DNA of 63,445 nt, the filler included, from Octopus bimaculoides (Eukaryota), in NCBI RefSeq assembly GCF_001194135.2. It is 7 parts of 6 records of this genome, joined end to end, with 100 filler letters (N's around TTAATTAATTAA, not from the genome) between each part and the next. Parts side by side here need not be neighbours in the genome. Positions count along the whole stretch, not along the records: positions 50,594 to 55,164 come from NC_068984.1; positions 55,265 to 63,445 come from NC_068995.1; 5 more parts are not named here. One strand, written 5' to 3'. The translations under genes and the position numbers were made by a program. Numbering within the stretch: position 1 is the first letter of the stretch; the number at the start of each line of letters is the position of its first letter. The notes beneath the pieces were generated by a model. That model saw only the letters and a program-made list of their open reading frames with translations. It searched no databases and was not told the origin of the DNA. Shown here piece by piece: positions 51,149 through 63,445 of the stretch.

Positions 51149-53489
51149 GTGAGGGGAAGAGGAGAATAAATAAATACACAGAGTAAAAAAAAATTTAAAA
51201 AAAAACAACAACAAAAAGAAAAGTGAACCAAGCTACCAGCCATCAACACATTAACCAGATAGAAAGGTCAATGGTTGATAACGAGAGTGGACATCAAACG
51301 GACAGGAGGTGTGTGGAGATGGTGACATTGAACAAAAGAACTGTTGTTGTACGCTGTACGAAGGGTCGTGAGCTTTGAGAGGGTGCCATTGTTGTTAAGG
51401 TGTCGAAACGGTTGTCAGCTGGACGGCGGGAAAAGGTGAAAGTACATTGATAAATATCTTGAGACATAGCGTCGCTTACTGTGAGATATGTCTACAAACA
51501 GGCATATATATTCATCATGGTGTTTTTGAGTGACATTTTATGGTTGAAAGAAATTGATAGTGGTGGAAAATAAAGAGAGAGAGAGAGAAGGAAGAAGAAA
51601 AAATAAGGGAAAGACAGTGACAGTTAAAATAACATGAAAGCGAGTGAGAGGAAGATACACATAAAACAAAGATCGAGGTAAGAAACGAAAAGAATTTTAA
51701 AAAATAATGGAAGAAAAATGGTTTTAAACTCGGAGCGGTTTTGGCTGCAGGATGTGGTGGTATAAGAGGTTGATGAGGTGGCAGAAAAAATAGGAAAATT
51801 CCAGGTGCTACAACGACACTGTATATCTATTTCTTATTACATCCGGCTTCTCTTTTGCCCCTAACTGGAATTAATTGTCCGCTCATTATAGATCTATAAA
51901 CTCGACTCTTTTATTGTATCTCTCCCTCCCCTCTTTCTCCATCACTTCCTTTCTCTTTCTCTGTCGCCCTCACTACTCTCTTTTTTTTTTTTTCTTTTAA
52001 TTGGTTGAGTCTATTGACATCTCTCATTTGCAATGGTATCTTGTCTGGGATGGTACGGGCTTCTACATACAAAAACATTCTAGACAGCGTTTCCCCAAGA
52101 CACCATTCATCTAATTAGCAAAGACTTAGTCACCAGCATACTAATAATTAGTGAGTAAAATACATACTAGTTCTTATCTCTTGTCTCGCTTACCGTTTCT
52201 GCGACGATTAATCACACTCTGAACAAACAATCTGCGTACCCTCCATTCAAATCCACTCCAAGCACATCCTTTCTCTCGGCCTTCCTATACTGTGTCATCC
52301 TACCAAACCCCAAACTAAGCATTTTTGCTCAACCCTTAACTTAGAAGAATAACAAAATTAAAATTGAACATCATAGGCGCAAGAGTGTCTTTGTGGTAAG
52401 TAGCTTGCTTACCAACCACATGGGCAAGTGTCTACTACTATAGCCTCGGGCCGACCAAAGCCTTGTGAGTGGATTTGGTAGACGGAAACTGAAAGAAGAC
52501 CGTCGTATATATGTATATGTATATATAATATGTGTCTGTGTTTGTCCCCCCCCCCAACATCACTTGACAACCGATGCTGGTGTGTTTACGTCCCCGTAAC
52601 TTAGCGGTTCGGCAAAATTGATCCTTTATAATTTTTATTTTCAGGGCCTCAAAAACTGGTGCGAAGAAGAGAGGAAGTTATCTTTAAATCGGAGACCAGA
52701 CTCAAAATGCTTGCATTAGTGTGAACTCTGCTAATGACACGGCAAAGATCGGGTGATAGTGTTAACATGGGTGACAAGTAAAGTCTAAAATCCAAGAGCT
52801 CAGAACGCAAAGAGAGGGTCAGAACAAATATCGCAAGATATCTGATTGGATATAGACGTAGGAGTGGCTGTGTGGTAACCCGGTGCCCTATTGGTTGTGT
52901 GGTTAAGAAATTCGAATGAACCCAAAACGTGGTTTCAGGTTCAGTCCCACTACGTGGCACCTTGGGCAACTGTCTTCTGTTATATATATATATAAATAAG
53001 GATAAGGTCGATATTTAAAATATTGATCTTATCAAGTGGCCAGCATGGTAATAAAAACCATCAAAGGTAATAATTGTTTAAAATTATAATAGAGGGTATC
53101 TAAGAGATACCCTGTATTATAATTTATATNNNNNNNNNNNNNNNNNNNNNNNNNNNNNNNNNNNNNNNNNNNNNNNNNNNNNNNNNNNNNNNNNNNNNNN
53201 NNNNNNNNNNNNNNNNNNNNNNNNNNNNNNNNNNNNNNNNNNNNNNNNNNNNNNNNNNNNNNNNNNNNNNNNNNNNNNNNNNNNNNNNNNNNNNNNNNNN
53301 NNNNNNNNNNNNNNNNNNNNNNNNNNNNNNNNNNNNNNNNNNNNNNNNNNNNNNNNAATAAGTACTAGGCTTTAAAATAATGAGTTCTGAGGTCGAATTG
53401 TTCGATTAAAATCGTTCAAGGCGGTGCTCCAGCATGGCCGCAATCAAATGACTGAAACAAGTAAAAGAATAAAAGAATAATTGCCTACA

Positions 53490-54406
53490 ACAGTGGTTTT
53501 CGACCATTTTTTTTTTTTAACACCTATGGACCCCTTTGACTACTATTTTATTCTTGCGGACCCCCATAGCCATTCGATGTTTAAAAAATTATTTATCGAT
53601 ATAGGCACAGGAGTGGCTGTGTGGTAAGTAGCTTGCTTACCAACCACATGGTTCCGGGTTCATTCCCACTGCGCAGAACCTTGGGCAAGTGTCTTCTACT
53701 ATAGCCTCGGCCGACCAAAGCCTTGTGAGTGGATTTGGTACACGGAAACTGAAAGAAGCCCGTCGTATGTATGTATGTATATATGTATATATGTATATGT
53801 ATGTCTGTGTGTATATGTTTGTGTATTTGTGTTTGTCCCCCCATCATCGCTTGACAACCGATGGTGGTGTGTTTACGTCCCCGTAACTTAGCGGTTCGGT
53901 AAAAGAGACCTATAGAATAAGTACTAGGCTTCCAAAGAATAAGTCCTGGGGTCGATTTGCTCGACTAAAGGCGGTGCTCCAGCGTGGCCGCAGTCAAATG
54001 ACTGAAACAAGTAAAAGAATAAAAGAGATACTTCTTCCAAAATTCCTATTTTGCTTTTTGCACAATCACTTGTGTATGTGAAGTATATTTGCCACTTCAC
54101 GTTGTCGTGCAGCTACTGTTTATACCTCGTTCAGAGATCTATTATCACATGTGTATGGTTGCATGCAAATAGCACTCTCTGACAGAACACGTTTCAGTGG
54201 CCGAAAATATGTTGAACTATGTAAAACGTCTGAGAAACAACCGAGCGCTATTTCTTGCAATAAAAACATCTAAAACAAAACGTTTTTCATGTACACTTAA
54301 AATATAACTGTGGATCCCCAGTTTATTATTGTGCTTATGCTGCCCCCCCCCCCCAATTCTTATATGGAGCCCCAGAGATCATATGGACCCCGGATGGGAA
54401 CCAATG
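53490..54406. mobile_element. Probable hAT-type MITE with a nested SINE
   Basis: Ends cagtggttttc / gggaaccaatg and ggacccc subterminal motifs like 36356-36652. TSD not recognisable. Confidence 0.5.
53604..54027 (+). mobile_element. Full-length copy of the dominant tRNA-derived SINE
   Basis: Head ggagtggctgtgtggtaag...gggttca.tccc, internal (TA/TG)n, tail gactgaaacaagtaaaaga. Other copies or fragments near 913-1012(+), 1623-1722(+), 10540-10703(-), 13397-13545(-), 26620-26945(+), 36030-36255(-), 37825-37995(-), 46070-46290(+), 50594-50752(-), 52375-52620(+), 52856-52980(+), 53357-53480(+). Confidence 0.85.
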
Positions 54407-54722
54407 GTCTCTAGAGCATCTCAGCCGATTGGTCATCTTGGTATGAATGAAATGCTTTGTTATTCCTCTTTCTTTCAGTCTTATCTTTTAGTTTTTGTCG
54501 TTTTAACTGCTTTCAGANNNNNNNNNNNNNNNNNNNNNNNNNNNNNNNNNNNNNNNNNNNNNNNNNNNNNNNNNNNNNNNNNNNNNNNNNNNNNNNNNNN
54601 NNNNNNNNNNNNNNNNNNNNNNNNNNNNNNNNNNNNNNNNNNNNNNNNNNNNNNNNNNNNNNNNNNNNNNAATGTGTTGAAACAATTGCAGTTTTAAATA
54701 AAGAATATTGTTCATTCCATTT

Positions 54723-54769
<47 letters not shown>

Positions 54770-55464
54770 CTCTCTCTCTCTATATATATATATATAAAAC
54801 AAATAATAAATGAGTATATGCATATATACGTACAGGTATGTGCATACCTACGTTTACCTGTATATATAGGTGCATATCTGGGCACAGGACATTGCAAACA
54901 AAACGTAGACAAAAAAATAATAACCAGAATACAGAACACACACAGGCCACATAGAGAACATTTTCCTTCATCAGCTACCCCCATTTTAACACCGGCGTTG
55001 TGCACTTTACACTTTGGATGTATGGTAAATAATGATTACACAGCATCTCATCCAATGTACTACAGGTGTAAAAAATGTGTTGAAGCAATTGCAGTTTTAA
55101 ATAAAGAATATTGCTCATTCCATTTTCTATCATTTATCTATCTATCTATCTATCTATCCCTATANNNNNNNNNNNNNNNNNNNNNNNNNNNNNNNNNNNN
55201 NNNNNNNNTTAATTAATTAANNNNNNNNNNNNNNNNNNNNNNNNNNNNNNNNNNNNNNNNNNNNACACATAAAAACGCAGGAATATAAATACCATTAACA
55301 GCCAAGAAAGTCTAGGAACATTGCTCTAAACACGGGAGACTAATTAGGAAATGTGAAAATGATATTAATAAAAACATCAAATTCGAGTACTGTAATTTTT
55401 CAATGTAACATGGTTGTAAAAAAATGGTGTTCTCTACATACAAACACAATCTGCATGTTAACGC

Positions 55465-55498
<34 letters not shown>

Positions 55499-57832
55499 AC
55501 AGTATCAAATCCTGCTGAGGTCAATTTTGCTTTTCATCCTTTCGGAATCGATAAAAATTTCCAGACAAGGAAGTGAATTGCTGGAAGTATTAAGGGATCT
55601 AGCAAGATGCCTTGTGGTATCTTCTCCGGCTCTTTGCGTTTTAACATCAACACCTGCAACGAAACTGGCTTCAAGGTGTATCGGCCAAAGTCAGTGACTT
55701 TTTCTTTGGATAAGCGTCAGTGGCGTGGAGAGAGATCTGCCTGCATAAGCTACTGCTAGTCTTTATAAAATCTTGTCCAGACTTGTACACGCATGTACAA
55801 ATGCATAGTCAATGTTGACTGATGGCGGCTCTATAATATTGTGTGTGTGTGTGTGCCTGTGTGTGTGTGTGATTGAGTGTGTTATTTTGCAGAATTCAAG
55901 CCACTCACGGACAATGTGTGTGTGTGTGTGTGTGTATGTGTATTTGCGCGTGTGCTGATGTAAATGTGTGTAGGTAAAATTGTGCTCATGTAGTTGGTGT
56001 GTATGATCCTTTAGTACACAAGTGTGTGTGCTTCATTATTGTTTGCATGTGAGTGTGTGTCTGCACTGTGCATTCCATATATACGTATGATTGTGAGCAT
56101 ATCTTCTGTCCGCGAACCGCAAGTAGAAAATCTCATTGAATTTCTACAAATTCTCGCTGTACAACTAATGGATTGTATTTGAAGAATGTGAATAAGTTTG
56201 CTCTGTTCTAACTTGGAGAACCACATAATTTCTTGGTTTTTATTCATAGATCAGTGGATCTATGATAATAGAAACAAATGAAAATCTATTGCTTGTACAT
56301 AAGATCTGTAAATTTCTCATTAAATCTCAAAAGATGCTCTTTTCTCTAATCTTTGACGAGATATTCACATTCACTTAGATGATGATTTCAATAACATTAC
56401 ACGACTTGCTTCTTTCCAATATAACAATATCTGGCCTAATGTGCTTATATCGATCTGCAGTTTTCATTGGACTGTCACAGCAGTGATCTTTAATTGTAAA
56501 GGTGTGGATACATTCTGGTTCTGGTGTGCCTCACTCATAGCCAACAGAACAATCCTTCCTGTGCATAGCATTATTTTTGTCAATGTTGTTGGGTTGGTAT
56601 TCTCTAAAATGCGGGGTGTGTATCAATGCATAACTTTCGGGTGGTATAATGAGTATTTTACTACTGTTTAAGTGGGTCAGTCCGGATAACCTTGGTTCAC
56701 ATGGAACAACCTTATACTCAGAGTACCTATTTAGGAATTCTTTACCAAATCTCATGACGTCATTGTTTTCACCTTAGAGTATAAAGGTGATGTATTCATT
56801 TCTTTCTTTACTGTTCCGTAGGTGTCGTGTAAACGATACGATGCGGCATTCAAAGGCCGTTTGAACTGACCTCATTCTTCTGCCTCCATCTATCCATTTA
56901 GCATAAATCTAGTGTCACTGTTGATAACGAATTTACCGGTTCGTACTAGAACAGGCACTGTGAAATGGTTGCTGGATATAATTTTATTGAATATTGGCAG
57001 CTCTGACTTCGGTATCTTTCGATGTCTACTGAAGTATTCTTTTCTCGCTCACAGCATCGTGTGCAATATTCTCTTTATTTCGGAGATATGTGTAGCATAC
57101 ATCATTAGTGACAGAGCAGATAGTTTTGGCCATTGTTATCCATCTTCCTTGTCTGGTCTACAATCTTTTCTCTTTTGTCTATCAAATAAGAACATTCATC
57201 TTGACCAAATTAAGTTTCACTAGTTTTGTCTTTAATATCGTGAATATTACTTGAATACATTTTAAGGCTACATTAATGGGTGACATTAACTTCTCTTCCC
57301 TCTACAAATTTAATCACATAGCACTTGTATTTCCTTAACAGGCCTGAAAGGGGGTTCAATGATAGGAGAAAAACATTAGAGATAAGTTGTTACCCTGATA
57401 TATTCCTATTGATAGCTTACTTCTCTTTAATAAGTACAGTAGTCGAAGTAGCTTTTGTCCTTATCCTGCGGACCATGCTGTTGACATAATGTCATAAACT
57501 ACAGCCGCTGGAGCATTGGGAAGTGTAGCGACTCTATTACCCATGAATCAAACACTTTCTTAATTCGGCCGGAGTCAATAGACTTTGATAGTGCTGCTTC
57601 TCTTCTTTAAGAACAACTTTGGTGATAAGGTTTTTCGGAAAACACTTAAACTTCTATCAGCTCATCAGTCACCACGTTGTGTACATTGCAATGATCTTTC
57701 AAGAATACAATCCAGTAACCTATGCATAGCTTATATATAACATTTAAGCAAGTTACGGACTTTTAGATTCTTGTCGTATGCATCTCCTGGGTTTTAGATG
57801 CGAGTTAACTCTAAGCGAGATTAACATAATTT

Positions 57833-58096
57833 ACATTATTTACATTCGACGGATATTTGTCCTCCTGTTGTTTGTTGCTAACACAACGTTTCGGCTGATA
57901 TACCCTCCAGCCTTCTTCAGGTGTCTTGGAGAAATTTCGAACCTGGGTTCTCATTCCTAAGGTATTTTTGCATGTTATTATTTTAATTATTATTATTATT
58001 ATTCAGGTCACTGCTTGGAATCGAACTCGGAATCTTGGGGTTAGTAGCCTGTGCTCTTAACCACTACGCCATATGCCCGTGGGCATATGGAACTGT
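57833..58096 (-). mobile_element. tRNA-derived hammerhead-bearing SINE with 13-bp target-site duplication
   Basis: A-box tggcgtagtgg and B-box gagttcgattcc. TSD attaacataattt at 57820-57832 and 58097-58109. Interrupts an R4-like RT remnant. Confidence 0.85.
57880..57927 (-). ncRNA. Minimal type I hammerhead ribozyme motif, second copy
   Basis: Same fold with core CTGAAGA and GAAACGTT. Confidence 0.65.
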
Positions 58097-60121
58097 ATTA
58101 ACATAATTTGTTCTTATGAAGAAGTTTACAATAGTTATATTACGGGGCGTGAAATTTCTGCACCAATAACTGAGTATTAGGTCTCTTCTCATGCAATTTT
58201 CTGTTTGTTAATTTTGCAGTAACTGTCAAGAAAGGTTCACTAATGATACTATGTACTTTAGGAGAAACTTTTGCATAATACTCGTTGTGCAGCTGAAAAG
58301 AAAACATTGCATCATGGTAATATTGCTTGTTTACATTCCAGATAATTCCCCAGATAACTCTACATAATTTGGGGGAAAGACTTTTACGACCTTTTGTGGT
58401 ATGGTCATTCCCACTGCAATATACTTGGAGGTTTAACGCTAACTTGCGATGGATAATCCTACATTTTAATTTTTTTAAGGTAACGAAATTTTTCGCCTGC
58501 CGCTTGCATTTCGAGTTTAAGAGCAATTAGCTTAGCCGTTCATGTCTCTTGTTAGTATTTCCTATAAGCCGTTGATAATCTATCATAAAGTCACAGCTGA
58601 CAGTTCGTAAATTCATTATTCACTTTATACTTAACACCACTATCCAATTACTTAATATTGTTCTTGCGTCTGTCGATAAGTTCTTGGAGAAGGTTACCCA
58701 TTTTGGTTGTGTTTACCCGCTACAATAGATTGCTGTTACTGTTATCTGTGGCAAGAGGTAACTATCCCACAATACAAAAAGACATTCAATGTCCATAAGT
58801 TAGAAGCTTTAATTCATATAAATTGTTCTTTAACGACTTGATCGATCATAGATTCGGCAAGTTTCCTATTGACTCGTCTCATATAATTGTTAGATGATGT
58901 AAATGGCAAAGTCTTGTTCAAATTTTGCTGTTAGCTTTGTTTTGAGTAGTTTACATTCGCCATTCATTTCTCTTTGTTCATAAGCAGATACCGCTCGTTC
59001 GTGTAACGGCGGCAGCCAAATCTCAATGTTATTTTTCTATTATTATTGTCGATTTGGTTGTGGTCCGTTTTCTTTGGCGTTTTCTGGGGAGAAGATTACC
59101 CTGTTCTATCCATAATTTTAATTAATGTACGATTTTGGGGGCTAGTAGGAAAAGCAGCATATTTTTCTGAACGAATTGAAATGTAAATAGTTGGCGTACT
59201 TTAGATTCCAGTCGTTCTTCATCCTTTTCATGTAAATAGTCAAGAGATCGTCTTCAGCTTTTTTGTACAATTTATACAGTTCTTGATTCAATTCAAAAGT
59301 CCACTCGAATTTCTCGCGATGGTTCTGCGACCTGTGATAGTTGACTCCAGTTTCTTTTCCTGCCATACATATGTTGAGTTTCAGCTGATTTTCTCTGCAT
59401 GATTATTGCTACAAACTTTTCTAAAATGATGCTTCTTCACATTTATTAGAAGATAACCACGTTTTTAACCAGGTTTATATCAAGGCAAAATGTTTTAGAG
59501 AATAGTCTTCATTACACAAAAGCTGAATACATCCCTTGTGCCGACGTGAATTTGATTCTATATTTCCTACGCAGTTTTCGCGCGCGCGCGCGTATGTGTG
59601 TGTGTGTGTGTGTGTGTGTAGCCTAAATTTGAGTAGTCCTTATTTCGTCATTTATATTACACTAGACCAACTCAGTATGTCAACATTTTAATTTTTCAAT
59701 AATCAAATAATTCTGTTATTGGTGTTTTACTTCCATGTATTTTAGATTTAAGCAAATGTTTATTGATAGGTATTTTCTGACATGATGTTGCAGGAAGATT
59801 TTCGTTTTTCAAAGTCCATTACATGATACTACTGACAAGAAATCATAGATTCGCCATCACTGCTCAAGTCATTTAATACAGGCTACTTCAATACCTTCAC
59901 TTGTAATTAAGCATCACCGAAATCATTGTATAATTAACATGTTTCATTAACTTGTAACTCGCTGCGCTAAATCTCAATTATCGTATGAGAGTTGGCTCTG
60001 ACTGAAGTCTACATATTACAGTCCTTTTTCATTTGTACCAAACATTTCAATGAAACATACTTCACACGTATTTACAAAATGAGTCAACTCAACGAGCAAG
60101 AAGTATCTGCCAAATCTTCTT

Positions 60122-60517
60122 CAGGCGTGGTTGTGTAGTAAGAAGCTTGCTTCCCAACCACATGGTTCCGGGTTCAGTCCCACTGCGTAGCACCTTGGGC
60201 AAGTGTCTTCTTCCATAGCCTCAAGCCAATCAAAGCCTTGTGAGTGGATTTGGTAGACGAAAACTTAAAGAAGCCCGTCGTATGTATGTCTGTATTTGTA
60301 TGTGTGTCTTTGTGTCTGTGTTTGTCTCCCCATCATAGCTTGACAACTGATGCTGGTGTGTTTACGTCCCCGTAACCTAGCGGTTCAGTGAAAGGAGTCG
60401 ATAAAATGAGTACTAAGCTTACAAAGAATAAGTCCTGGAGTCGATTTCTTCGACTAAAAATCAATTTAAGGCGGTGCTCCAGCATGAGCGCAATCAAATG
60501 ACTGAAACAAGTAAAAG
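60122..60517 (+). mobile_element. Full-length copy of the dominant tRNA-derived SINE
   Basis: Aligns end to end with 53604-54027. Confidence 0.85.
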
Positions 60518-60634
60518 TATCCTCCGAGATTCAGTGTGGAAAATTACATCAATACACCAAATTTTAAAATTTTCACGGTTCGACAAGAGACCGATAGATC
60601 GCCATGTTGGCCCGCTGAAATCTACAAGTTTTTT

Positions 60635-60691
<57 letters not shown>

Positions 60692-61036
60692 TCTCTCTCT
60701 GTTTATTTTCTCTTATTCCTTTCTTTTGAAGAGCGTAGGCTCGAAACGTGAAAGACTTTTTCATTTTTCCCGAGCGTCAAATTAATACACTTGTTCATAC
60801 ACCTGTCTTCGTCTGCTTTTCTATAAATTTCAACGATAGAATACATTCTAGGCTTACAAAGAATAACTCCTTAGGTCGAGAATAAACCATACCCAACCGT
60901 TTTTAAATAGATGAAACATTAGATAATGTATTTTTAGATGCATAATGGCTGAAATAAAGGCGAGATAGTTATGACCGAATCATACTTGATCAGAACTGAT
61001 CTGGAGCTAAATAACTATCAGACAAATAAATGTTCA

Positions 61037-61285
<249 letters not shown>

Positions 61286-62089
61286 TTAAAAGAAAAAAAA
61301 ATATCAAATGATACACAGGAATAGTTATGACATATAATCCAATGACGGATCCTCTGCGAAATAGCAACCGAATCTTTCACAAGCAACATTCAATGTATGG
61401 TAATCTTTATATCCAACTTAACGTGGATGTCTTGTTAGAACATCGAATTCTGCATTGAGATATCCTATCAAATAGGCGCTTAGTGCATAAAAGTACACAC
61501 AAAAATCGTAGCAGACCAGAATCGGCTGTCATGGCCCTGTCTTAGCCTCGAGGGATACTCTGCTTGGTGCATATAAGTACACACATGGATTGTAGAAGAG
61601 GAGAATCGTCTGTGAATGGCACTAAAACTACCATATCACGTGATATCAGTCTACTGGACATCATCAGTCAAATCTCATTGATACGATATATAGAATATCA
61701 GCATCTTTTAAGACAACAATGTCTAAAATAGCCAGCAGGATTATTGAAAATTGTTTATTAGCTAAGAACGCAGTATTCAGTGTTCTAACAAGACGTCTAT
61801 GTTAAAATGAATATAAAGCTAACGTTTTGGTACACATACTGCTTCCGTTGCTAAAGGTTAACTCTCAATGTGCTTTGTCTTTTTTAAAAGAACTCATTGA
61901 AAAATGTAAGTCTTGAAATGGTCAAAGCTAGGACAATTTTGCTCATAGGTCGGCTCGTGCAAGACTGATATGAGACTAAATTACAACAGTGGCATACACA
62001 GCATACAATTATGTATGCATACACACATTCCCATTGTATAACATTCAGCACGACTCAATTAAAAAAAAAGGATGTGGATTAGAAGTTTA

Positions 62090-62416
<327 letters not shown>

Positions 62417-62512
62417 TCAAAGTAAGTATAATGCATACACACTCAAGCATACTAACATACGTAGATATATACATACATACATGCAATGCACACATGTGTG
62501 TGCGTGTGTGTG

Positions 62513-62590
<78 letters not shown>

Positions 62591-62923
62591 CATATATATA
62601 CATATACATAAATACGTGTGTGTGTATATATATATATGTGTGTGTGTATATATATGTATACGTGTGTGTGTGAGTGTGTGTGTGTATGTATGCATATATA
62701 TGTGTATGTATGTATATATATATATCAATATTTAGGTGGCGACTAAGTACACAGACCTATACATATAAGGTTTGCATGTGAGAAAAGCTCATGAGTTATT
62801 GTAAGAGACAAATAGAAAAAAAAAGAGTAAAGTACATACTCGGGGTATATTCCTAAATCTATTCAAAACAACCACAAACAATTGTTTGTTTGCTTCCTAC
62901 GTACATATATACATAGTAACTTA

Positions 62924-62999
<76 letters not shown>

Positions 63000-63323
63000 C
63001 GCACCCACCCACACATAAATGAGAGTGTATGTGTATATGTATGAGTGTTTAGCCCTGAAAGGCTCCGAAACGGTGCATCCTCGAGAATAACGAATTTGAT
63101 TTTCGAAATCTGCGTCTCAAAGAGAAGGTTGATCGTAAACAAATAATCAAAAAATATAATTTACTACCAGAAATAACTCAACTTTGAAATCAAGAAATCT
63201 TCTACTCACTATTAGTCACCACCAAGCTCTCTCATTTATGCCTTCCCCTCTCTCTTTATATATTTACCGCACACTTCATTACTCCGTCTCTCTCTGTCTC
63301 TTTCTTTATCTCTCTCTCTTTCT

Positions 63324-63364
<41 letters not shown>

Positions 63365-63445
63365 ATACGTATTAACTTTCACGCATTGCTTTCATTTGTT
63401 TAAAACTTCGTCTTCTAATGTTTACTTTCATTTGATGATATACAG

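Larger units (their letters stand above)
56050..59420 (-). mobile_element. Old near-full-length R4-like (RLE-type) LINE, distinct from the 15-19 kb family
   Basis: Decayed motifs in order: FEWT.ELNQELY...YMKRMK..W, VTCLNVIYKL, KKVFDSW, RPDIVI...C.VIE, LQIQSISCT.RIC. Confidence 0.65.

Noticed and set aside
63050-63075. ctgaaaggctccgaaacgg as a hammerhead
   Set aside because: It lacks the CUGANGA core and a plausible stem II.

Overview
Repeat-saturated, gap-rich animal draft-genome sequence. The microsatellite load and SINE/LINE families resemble an octopus (coleoid cephalopod) assembly; this is inferred from recalled repeat families, not from a search. Six identical 100-bp linkers (44 N + TTAATTAATTAA + 44 N) show that at least 7 separately assembled pieces are joined here, so long-range gene continuity is uncertain. 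Most ORF-track entries are microsatellite or N artefacts. Best-supported coding sequence: two phase-compatible minus-strand exons of a ZNF474-like C2HC zinc-finger gene (61.1-62.4 kb), and a minus-strand terminal exon or 53-aa small ORF ending in a CaaX box (25.1-25.3 kb). Weaker exon candidates of an unidentified gene lie at 10-21 kb. Transposon remnants include mariner (2), maT/Tc1-like, Helitron, hAT-type and fold-back MITEs, and Tx1/L1, CR1/L2, RTE and R4/Dong-like LINEs, plus several tRNA-derived SINE families. Most notable: (1) a tRNA-headed SINE carrying a minimal, probably dimer-acting type I hammerhead ribozyme in three copies; (2) a cluster of Dong/R4-like insertions all bounded by (AAT)n; (3) the CaaX plus dileucine small protein; (4) several long near-perfect fold-back hairpins. 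Repeat boundaries are approximate unless TIR/TSD positions are given.
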